Assembly: GCA_030059665.1 (NCBI GenBank) | Contig: JANVYR010000001.1 | Coordinates: 209,184-241,183, forward strand | Reading direction: 5' to 3' | Length of the DNA: 32,000 nt | Source: Candidatus Calditenuis fumarioli | GTDB taxonomy: Archaea; Thermoproteota; Nitrososphaeria_A; Caldarchaeales; Calditenuaceae | Part shown: positions 24,455-31,376 of the stretch, piece by piece | Numbering within the stretch: position 1 is the stretch's first letter | Layout: each line of letters opens with the position of its first letter | Notes under the pieces: generated by a model | What the model was told of the DNA's origin: nothing | Databases searched by the model: none | Seen by the model: only the letters and a program-made list of their open reading frames with translations | Position numbers and translations under genes: made by a program

Positions 24455-24467
24455 GCTTATAGCTCTA
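24455..24467. repeat. Right copy of the direct repeat; coincides with the likely ctaA TATA box
   Basis: GCTTATAGCTCTA matches 23094-23107 at 13 of 14 positions with one indel. The TTATAG box is centred about 48 nt upstream of the ctaA GTG. Confidence 0.35.
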
Positions 24468-24507
24468 TGCTGTCAGAACGGTTTCGGGAACCCTGCCCAC
24501 TACCGTC

Positions 24508-24960
24508 GTGAGACGGCTCACCTTTTTTGAGCACGCAGGAACCGCCTTAACCGTGAACCCGATCAGGGCTGTGCTGCCGGTCGTCTCGATCGTGGTGATG
24601 AACTCGATCGGAAGCTACGTCTCGGCCAGGGGTGCGGGTCTCGCTTGCCCAGACTGGCCACTATGCCCGTTCCCCGGAGACGAGCTGGTGCTGCTGGAGT
24701 TCACGCACAGGGCCTTCGCGATTGTGGTGCTCCTCGCGGTCGTTGCGGTCACGGTCCCATCGATCCGTTACGGCGGGGTCGCCCGAAAGCTGGCCGTCCT
24801 CGCGTTAGCTCTGTTGCTGGTCCAGATAGGCCTGGGAGGTGCGGTGGTGCTGACTGCGCTTAGGGCTGAGCTGGTTGCCTTGCACATGGCCGTTGCGAGC
24901 TCCGTCCTCGCTGCGTACTCGATGCTAGCCGCGGTGCTGCTCTGGCGGGTGGAGAGATGA
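24508..24960 (+). CDS. ctaA: Compact four-helix heme A synthase (CtaA/Cox15 family)
   Basis: 150 aa with four predicted TM helices. It has the hallmark GAGLACPDWPLCP Cys pair and His residues in helices (EFTHRAF, ALHMAV). The size matches the half-length archaeal CtaA described for Aeropyrum pernix. Confidence 0.8.
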   Translation: MRRLTFFEHAGTALTVNPIRAVLPVVSIVVMNSIGSYVSARGAGLACPDWPLCPFPGDELVLLEFTHRAFAIVVLLAVVAVTVPSIRYGGVARKLAVLALALLLVQIGLGGAVVLTALRAELVALHMAVASSVLAAYSMLAAVLLWRVER

Positions 24961-25601
24961 CCGTAGCGATCCTCGGTGGGACCGCTGGCCTGGGAAGGGC
25001 CCTCGCGATCAGGCTCGCCTCAAGCGGCGTCCGCGTCGTAATCGGCTCGAGGTCCGAGGAGAAAGCGAGAGAGGTTGCGAAGGAGGTCTCACGGCTGACC
25101 GGCTCCGCTCACGTCGAGGGCAGGAGGAACGAGGACGCGATCGAGGGCGCCGAGTTCGTGGTCTTCGCTGTGCCGTATCCCGGGATGTACGAGGTGGCCA
25201 AGGCGGTTCGCACGAAACTCGGTGAAGGATCGGTGATCGTCTCAGCGATCGTCCCGCTCGAGTCCGACCTGGGAGGGCCAGCGAGGTACATAGAGCCTTC
25301 CGCAGGTTCCGCGGCCGAGGCGCTCCAGGAGCAGCTGAGGGGTTTCCCCGTCGTCTCGGCCTTCCACTACACGCCAGCCTCGCTCCTCGAGGACCTGAGC
25401 GCCGAATTGGACGTCGTCGTCTGCGGAGAGAGGGAGCCCGCATACCGGCTGATCGAGCTGCTCAGGGGCGTCAGGGGCATCAGGCCCCTTTACGGAGGTC
25501 CGCTGAGGAACTCCAGGGTGACGGAGAGGTTGGTCCAGCTCCTGATCGAGATCAACCGGGAGCACAAGACGAAAGCCGCCACCTTACGGTTCGCCTTCTG
25601 A
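24957..25601 (+). CDS. NADP-binding Rossmann oxidoreductase of the F420:NADP oxidoreductase (FNO/NpdG)-like family
   Basis: ATGA start/stop overlap with ctaA. N-terminal dinucleotide fold VAILGGTAGLGRALAIRLASSGVRVVIGSRSEEKA, with length and layout typical of NpdG/FNO-like proteins. Confidence 0.8.
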   Translation: MTVAILGGTAGLGRALAIRLASSGVRVVIGSRSEEKAREVAKEVSRLTGSAHVEGRRNEDAIEGAEFVVFAVPYPGMYEVAKAVRTKLGEGSVIVSAIVPLESDLGGPARYIEPSAGSAAEALQEQLRGFPVVSAFHYTPASLLEDLSAELDVVVCGEREPAYRLIELLRGVRGIRPLYGGPLRNSRVTERLVQLLIEINREHKTKAATLRFAF

Positions 25602-25639
25602 GGTACAAGATTATAGAGCACGTCGAGTTAACCCATCGC

Positions 25640-26992
25640 GTGGATCCGGCGATATTCAGGGCGTACGACGTCAGGGGCGTTTACCCGAGACAGGTTAACG
25701 GCGAGGTGGCCTACGCGCTGGGCCTCGCCTTCGGCAGGATGGTAGGCGGCGGCAAGGTTCTGGTGGGGCGGGACGTCCGGCTGAGCGGTCCCGAGCTGGC
25801 CAGGTATCTGTCGCTTGGGCTGGAGGACGCGGGACTCCGGGTCTTCGATGCTGGTGTGGTGCCGACGCCGGCGCTGTACTTGGGCGTCGTCGAGGGCGGG
25901 TTCGACGGAGGCGTCCAGGTCACCGCATCGCACAACCCTCCCGACTGGAACGGGTTCAAGTTCGTCACCGGAACGGGTGAGACGATCTCTCAGGGGATGG
26001 GGATGGAGGAGCTGAGGGATGCGGCGATGTCGCTGGCGAACGTCCGGGTGCCGTCGAGGGATCCGGGCACCGAGAGGGTCGACGTCCTCGGTCGCTATCT
26101 AGAGCGGCTCAAGTCTCTGGTCAGACTCAGAAGGAAACTGAAGGTCGCTGTGGACTTCTCCAACGGCGCCGGAGCCGTCGTCGGCGCGCGGTTGCTGCGG
26201 GAGATCGGTGTGGAGCTTCACCCCCTGAACGACGTCCCCGATGGCAGGTTCCCAGCGCACCTTCCGGAGCCTACGCCCGAGACCGCGGAGGAGCTGAGGA
26301 AGACTGTGCGGGAGCAGGGACTGGACCTCGGTGCAGCTCTCGACGGCGACGCTGACAGGGCCGTCTTCTGCGACGACAGAGGGAGGCTCTTGGAGGGCGA
26401 CCTCTCGCTGGCGGTTCTCGTCTCAGCGCTCGGCGTCAGGGGCAAGGTGGTTTACGACGTGAGCTGCAGCTCTGTGGTCGAGGAGGTCATCAGGTCGAAG
26501 GGCTGTGAACCCGTCCTCTGCAGGGTCGGGCGTGCGTTCATGCTAAGGAAGGTGAGGGAGGTGGGTGCTGTGATCGGCGCGGAGAAGAGCAACCACCTGT
26601 ACTTCTCCGAGATCCACGGGTTCGACGACGGCCTGTTCGCCGTTGCCAAGATGGCCGAGGCCGTGAGCGGCATGGAGAGACCCCTCTCGGAGTTCATCGA
26701 CTCGCTGCCGAAGCGCTACGCGTCAACCATATTCTCCGTGAATTTACCGAACGACGAGGTCAAGTGGAAGGCGATGGAGGTCATCGCGAGGAAACTCTCC
26801 TCGATAGCGAAGGAGACGCTGACGATAGATGGGGTCAAGGCCTATCTCGACGACGGCTGGGTCCTGATCAGGCCGTCAAACACCATGCCCCAGATCAAGT
26901 ACACCGCAGAGTCCGTGACGGAGGAGGGGTTGAGGAGGCTCCTCGCCATCGCGGAGAAGACGATAGCCGAGAGCGTCTCCCAGTTGAGGTGA
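25640..26992 (+). CDS. Phosphoglucomutase/phosphomannomutase family protein
   Basis: GTG start. IFRAYDVRG, the active-site phosphoserine loop VTASHNPPDWNGFK, the metal loop DGDADR, and a four-domain length (450 aa). A TATA-like ATTATAG box at 25610-25616 lies about 27 nt upstream. Confidence 0.9.
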   Translation: MDPAIFRAYDVRGVYPRQVNGEVAYALGLAFGRMVGGGKVLVGRDVRLSGPELARYLSLGLEDAGLRVFDAGVVPTPALYLGVVEGGFDGGVQVTASHNPPDWNGFKFVTGTGETISQGMGMEELRDAAMSLANVRVPSRDPGTERVDVLGRYLERLKSLVRLRRKLKVAVDFSNGAGAVVGARLLREIGVELHPLNDVPDGRFPAHLPEPTPETAEELRKTVREQGLDLGAALDGDADRAVFCDDRGRLLEGDLSLAVLVSALGVRGKVVYDVSCSSVVEEVIRSKGCEPVLCRVGRAFMLRKVREVGAVIGAEKSNHLYFSEIHGFDDGLFAVAKMAEAVSGMERPLSEFIDSLPKRYASTIFSVNLPNDEVKWKAMEVIARKLSSIAKETLTIDGVKAYLDDGWVLIRPSNTMPQIKYTAESVTEEGLRRLLAIAEKTIAESVSQLR

Positions 26993-27011
26993 GCTGCCGA
27001 GGGCAGAGCGG

Positions 27012-27791
27012 CTACGTGCCCCTTGTGACCCTCTCGGTCCTTGCCCTGTACCCCATCGAGTCGAGCGTGGCAAGCAGCTCGTCAACCGTCACGCTGACCG
27101 GAATCCTCGCGATGGCCCTTCCCTCGCGGTAGGAGACGGAGAGAGCGGTCCCTCCGAGCGATTCGATCGCGGACCTCACGGCCTGCTCGCAACCCTCGCA
27201 CGTCATCCCATCCACAGCCAGCTCTATCGTTAACATCGGTTGCTTGAGCTGCTCCGCGACCGACCTCACGGCCCTTTCCGCGGACGTACCCCTCGCCATC
27301 TGTAGGTATTTGTCGACTACGAGCCCGAGGTACTCCCTGCAGCACTTCCCAGATGGATTAGTTGTGAGGCACCATTTCCCAGTACCTGCCTTCGTGAAGG
27401 CCACGATGTCCTCCAATGAGTCGCAGCACCCCTTCTCGATTATCTCTCGTTCTATCATCTCCTCCGTTACTTGGAGACAATAGCATATTGGTCTCGGAGG
27501 CTGTCTCTCCTTCAACCCGAACCTCGTCTTCACCTCGTCCTTCAGGAAGTATGTTTTGCTGACGTTGTTGAAATAGAACATCTCGCATTGTGGATTGCTG
27601 CAGAAGTAAAACCCCTCAGTGAGGTGCGACCAGAACTTCTCCGGAACGTGTGTGGCAACGGTGACCTTCAGGACCCTAAGCCCCCGCTCACCGCAAACAG
27701 GACAGACCCTCTGGTCCTTCTCGGACTCCTCTCTGATGTGGATCTGCCTGCCGGTGACGGTGAGGTGCCTTTTCCGCTCCACCGCGCTCAT
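27012..27791 (-). CDS. copZ: Copper chaperone CopZ-like protein: Cys-rich Zn/[2Fe-2S]-type N-domain plus C-terminal HMA domain
   Basis: I prefer ATG 27791 (MSAVERKRH..). The N-domain is Cys-rich (CPVCGERG, FCSNPQCEMF, CYCLQVT.., GCCDSL, WCLTTNPSGKCC) and the C-terminal ferredoxin-fold HMA carries MTCEGCEQAV. The architecture is as described for Archaeoglobus fulgidus CopZ. The upstream 51 codons of the track ORF are a frame artefact. Confidence 0.8.
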   Translation of the reverse strand: MSAVERKRHLTVTGRQIHIREESEKDQRVCPVCGERGLRVLKVTVATHVPEKFWSHLTEGFYFCSNPQCEMFYFNNVSKTYFLKDEVKTRFGLKERQPPRPICYCLQVTEEMIEREIIEKGCCDSLEDIVAFTKAGTGKWCLTTNPSGKCCREYLGLVVDKYLQMARGTSAERAVRSVAEQLKQPMLTIELAVDGMTCEGCEQAVRSAIESLGGTALSVSYREGRAIARIPVSVTVDELLATLDSMGYRARTERVTRGT

Positions 27792-27934
27792 CGCGATGCG
27801 TACTTGGCAGGGTTTGCCTTGAACTGGTCGAGGCATTGCTGGCGGCAGAAGTAGTAGGTTTTGCCGCCGTACTCGTACGTGTACTTCGCCGTCTTCTCGT
27901 TGACCTCCATCCCGCAAACCGGATCCTTCGCCAT
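27788..27934 (-). CDS. 48-aa YHS/TRASH-domain metal-binding mini-protein (not in ORF track)
   Basis: Hand translation gives MAKDPVCGMEVNEKTAKYTYEYGGKTYYFCRQQCLDQFKANPAKYASR, which fits the YHS consensus DPVCGM..Y.G..YYFCS..C...F. Its TGA overlaps the copZ ATG (ATGA). A TAAATA box (minus) lies at about 27952-27965. Confidence 0.75.
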   Translation of the reverse strand: MAKDPVCGMEVNEKTAKYTYEYGGKTYYFCRQQCLDQFKANPAKYASR

Positions 27935-28101
27935 CGCACTTCACTCCCCTCAGCGAGTATTTACGCCGTTCCCCTCCATGCGACGATCATTCGGTCACGA
28001 TGCCCTCCAGACCTCCACCTTGCCACGACGCCTCGACTCCCGTTGAGCGCGACCCCTGCCCTTTGGCTTTGGGTTGACGTGAAAAGGATGCCCGGATTGG
28101 T

Positions 28102-29256
28102 CTAACGGCCGAAGTGCCTCTCGACCACCGACCGGACGTCAACAGAATCGGCCGTCCTGAACCCCAGCTCGTTCAGGCTGCCCTTCAGCGCCTCCAGCGT
28201 TCTTGTCACCCTCTCCGGCGACACCATGCCCATGTTTCCGATCCTGAAGATCTTGCCCTTCGTCTTGCCCATCCCGCCGGCGATGTGAACACCGTACCGC
28301 TCCTTCATCGTCCTCGTCAGCTTAGCGTCCTCGATACCCGCTGGGAGCCTGCCGGCGATCAGCGTCCTCGACCTGAACTCCGGTGCGGGGAAGACCTCGA
28401 TCCCCATCCGTTCGAGGGCCTCGTAGAAGGCCCCAGCGCCCGCAGCGTGGTTCCGGAACCACCTCTCGAGGCCGACCACCTCCAGTATGTGCTGGAGCGA
28501 TGCGCGGAGGGCGAAGAAGAGCGATACCGCCGGCGTGAAGGGCGTCTCCCACCTCTTCATGAACTCCCTGTGCGTCACGAGGTCGAAGTAGTGGGGCCTC
28601 CTCTGCTTCCTCACCACCCTCTCCCATCCCTCCTCGCTGATGTAGAGCACCGCGAGGCCAGGAGGCGCTGCGAGGCACTTCTGGGTGCCGCCGACGAAGC
28701 AGGTCACGCCCCATCTGCTCAGCCCCATCGGGTAGCCGCCGATCGACGTGACGCCGTCGACGATCAGGGCTATTCCGTTCCTCCTGCAGTACTCCGCGAT
28801 CGCGGGGACGTCGCTGCAGTACGCTCCGGTGGAGGTCTCGTTGTGGACCAGAAGGACCGCGTCCGCGCCCTTCCCCTCAACTTCCCTCTTCACCTGCTCC
28901 AGGGTCGGTGCCGTCCCGAGGGGGAGCTCGATCACCTCCACCTTATCCGAGTAGTACCTGGCAGCCTCGGTCATCCGCTCGGCGAACAGGCCGTTGACGA
29001 ACGAGATGACCCGATCGTTCCTGTCGAGGAGGTTGGCCACCGCGGCCTCGATTCCACCGGTCGAGGAGCAGGTGAGGACGAAGACGTCCCCCGACTCGGC
29101 TCCGATGACCTTCCTGATCCCATCCAGCACCTCCCGGTGTACCTGACGGAAACCCTCGTCCCTGTGGTTGATCATCCGGGAGGTCATGGCGCGATAGGCG
29201 GCCTCGGGCACATCTGTCGGACCGGGGAGCATCAGGATCCAGTCCTGTCCGTCCAC
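28102..29256 (-). CDS. Class V PLP aminotransferase (serine-glyoxylate / phosphoserine aminotransferase-like)
   Basis: MLPGPTDVP start, HNETSTG, and the PLP-lysine context GGTQKCLAAPPG. 384 aa. Confidence 0.9.
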   Translation of the reverse strand: MDGQDWILMLPGPTDVPEAAYRAMTSRMINHRDEGFRQVHREVLDGIRKVIGAESGDVFVLTCSSTGGIEAAVANLLDRNDRVISFVNGLFAERMTEAARYYSDKVEVIELPLGTAPTLEQVKREVEGKGADAVLLVHNETSTGAYCSDVPAIAEYCRRNGIALIVDGVTSIGGYPMGLSRWGVTCFVGGTQKCLAAPPGLAVLYISEEGWERVVRKQRRPHYFDLVTHREFMKRWETPFTPAVSLFFALRASLQHILEVVGLERWFRNHAAGAGAFYEALERMGIEVFPAPEFRSRTLIAGRLPAGIEDAKLTRTMKERYGVHIAGGMGKTKGKIFRIGNMGMVSPERVTRTLEALKGSLNELGFRTADSVDVRSVVERHFGR

Positions 29257-29312
29257 GTCACAACACGTGCCCCGCTTCTATTCAACCGATCTCGGACAGG
29301 GCAGAGTCTCGT

Positions 29313-30188
29313 TCAGCCCAACAGGTTCCTGATGTGAGGAGGGTAGAGGTGGCGCAGCTCCATGCCGTGCACCATCACCACGACCTCCTCCTCGTAGAAC
29401 CTGTCGACGGTGCTCCCAGCGGGGAGTTTCACCGTCCTCAGTCCCTTGAGGCGCTCGAGGAAGGCCTCTGCTGTGGAGTCGTCCTCCGAGAGCAGGACCT
29501 TTAGCGGCACCATCGCGAAGAGGACCCTGCCCTTCACGACGTGTCTGCTCGACTTGGGAGGGAACCTCAGCCCCTCAAGGGCCGAGCAAATGACGTCCTG
29601 CTTCCCGATCGGCCTCGACGCGACCACGGCCCTCCACTCACCCCTCCTTAACCCATCGAGGGCCTCCTCCTCACGCTGGTGGACGAGCCCGTAGGGCTCC
29701 AGCAACCGGTCGATGAACGCCATCATCCTGTATGCTTGGTACGTCGAGACCGGTGATCCGGACCTCAGCAGGTAGGCCGAGCCGGTGGAGTCCATGACCG
29801 AGGCGAACGCCCTCCCGTCGAGGGCCATCCCGTCCATCGCCCGCTCCGGATCGACCGGTGCGACCTCGGCCTCGAGGTCCCGCGAGATCCTGCTCAGGAA
29901 GTCGGAGAGGTCGAAGTCCCTCCTCACGGTCCTGAACCACCTCTTCACCTCGACCTCGTTTGACATGTAGTCCACTGAGTACGCGAGGACCCTCCTCGCA
30001 CCCATTCGCCTGAGCGCCTCGACCCTGTGGTTGCCGTCGAGAACTATGCCGTGCTCCCTCGAGACGATCACCGGATGCAGGAGCAGACCCGTTGAGCGGA
30101 GCTCGGAGATCACGGATTCGAGCAGACCCCTGATGACCTCCTCGTGCGGGATGAGCCGATCGATATCGACGAACTCCAGAGACCCCAT
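29313..30188 (-). CDS. ParB/sulfiredoxin-fold protein; candidate ADP-dependent free-serine kinase (SerK family)
   Basis: N-terminal ParB/Srx block (VDIDRLIPHEEV .. PVIVSREHGIVLDGNHRVEALRRMG). It is divergently adjacent to a cysteine synthase gene, the context reported for Thermococcus SerK. The functional call is by analogy only. Confidence 0.5.
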   Translation of the reverse strand: MGSLEFVDIDRLIPHEEVIRGLLESVISELRSTGLLLHPVIVSREHGIVLDGNHRVEALRRMGARRVLAYSVDYMSNEVEVKRWFRTVRRDFDLSDFLSRISRDLEAEVAPVDPERAMDGMALDGRAFASVMDSTGSAYLLRSGSPVSTYQAYRMMAFIDRLLEPYGLVHQREEEALDGLRRGEWRAVVASRPIGKQDVICSALEGLRFPPKSSRHVVKGRVLFAMVPLKVLLSEDDSTAEAFLERLKGLRTVKLPAGSTVDRFYEEEVVVMVHGMELRHLYPPHIRNLLG

Positions 30189-30277
30189 CCGTCTTCAAGA
30201 CACTTCGCATGAAATATTACGGTGACATGGGCTCGTAACGACGATCAGGTTAAGTCTGGGAGTGCGGCTCTAACGTC

Positions 30278-31321
30278 GTGAGGAGGCTCAGACAGCTCTC
30301 GGATTCGGTCCTCAACGCGATAGGCAACACGCCCCTCGTCAGGCTCAACAGAATCCCCCAGTCGATGGGCCTCAAGGACGTGGAGATCATGGTCAAGATG
30401 GAGTCGCTCAACCCATCGGGCAGCCTGAAGGACCGGATCTACCGGGAGATGATCACGAGGGCAGAGGAGAAGGGCGAGCTGAGGGAGGGGATGGAGATCC
30501 TCGAGGTCTCCACCGGCAACGCGGGGATCGCGTGCAGCTTCGTCGGCACCGTGCTCGGCTACAAAGTGACCGTGGTGATGCCGGAGGGCGTGAGCGTGGA
30601 GCGGAGGGAGCTAATCCGTGCCTACGGCGGCGAGGTCCTCCTGACGCCCGGCGGCGAGTCGGACGTGGACATTGCCATGGAGAAGGTCAGGTCCTTGGTC
30701 TCCTCGAACCCGAACAGATACTGGTTCCCCAACCAGTTCGAGAACCCGAACAACCCGCTCGCGCACTACAGGACGACGGGCCCTGAGATCTGGGAGCAGA
30801 CCAACGGGAAAATCGATGCCTTCGTGATGTCCTACGGCTCAGGAGGCCTTATCACCGGTGTAGGAAGGTACCTCAAGGAGAGGGACCAGAAGGTGCAGGT
30901 GTACGCGGCGGAGCCCTCCGAGTGCCCAGTGATCGCCGAGGGGAGGTGGGGCAGGCACAAGATAGAGGGCGTCGGCGACGGCTTCATCCCGAGGAACATG
31001 GACATGTCCCTGATCGATGGGGTGGTGATGGTCAGCTCCGAAGAGGCCATAGAGATGGCTAGGAGGCTCACGAGGGAGGAGGGGATCTTCTGCGGCATAT
31101 CCTCTGGAGCCAACGTGGCCGCCGCCATCAAGCTCGTAAGGGCCTCGCCTGATCTGAGGCGGGTCGTCACCGTGATCTGCGACTCGGGTGACAGGTATCT
31201 CTCAACAGAGGTCTTCGGCCACCACCGCGAGCTGCCCGTCGTCGAGAGGGAGGTGAAGCTGGACCAGTACACGCTCGAGCAGCGGTCGAAGCACATCCGG
31301 AGGCTGAGGATCGTCCGATAG
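30278..31321 (+). CDS. Cysteine synthase / O-phosphoserine sulfhydrylase family (PLP fold type II)
   Basis: PLP-lysine motif NPSGSLKDR, TGNAGIA, the GSGG(L)ITG phosphate loop, and the SSGAN motif. GTG start, with a C-terminal extension of about 40 aa. Confidence 0.9.
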   Translation: MRRLRQLSDSVLNAIGNTPLVRLNRIPQSMGLKDVEIMVKMESLNPSGSLKDRIYREMITRAEEKGELREGMEILEVSTGNAGIACSFVGTVLGYKVTVVMPEGVSVERRELIRAYGGEVLLTPGGESDVDIAMEKVRSLVSSNPNRYWFPNQFENPNNPLAHYRTTGPEIWEQTNGKIDAFVMSYGSGGLITGVGRYLKERDQKVQVYAAEPSECPVIAEGRWGRHKIEGVGDGFIPRNMDMSLIDGVVMVSSEEAIEMARRLTREEGIFCGISSGANVAAAIKLVRASPDLRRVVTVICDSGDRYLSTEVFGHHRELPVVEREVKLDQYTLEQRSKHIRRLRIVR

Positions 31322-31338
31322 GCGGGGTCGATTCAGAG

Positions 31339-31346
31339 TATAATTT
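31339..31346 (+). promoter_or_regulatory. TATA box upstream of the CoxM-like gene
   Basis: TATAATTT centred about 34 nt upstream of ATG 31377. Confidence 0.4.
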
Positions 31347-31376
31347 GGGGTTCATCACTTTACACGTTGAGAAGGA

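Noticed and set aside
27792-27944. 51-codon N-terminal extension of the copZ ORF
   Set aside because: The extension has junk-like composition. A different frame in the same interval encodes a near-consensus YHS domain whose stop overlaps the internal ATG of copZ.
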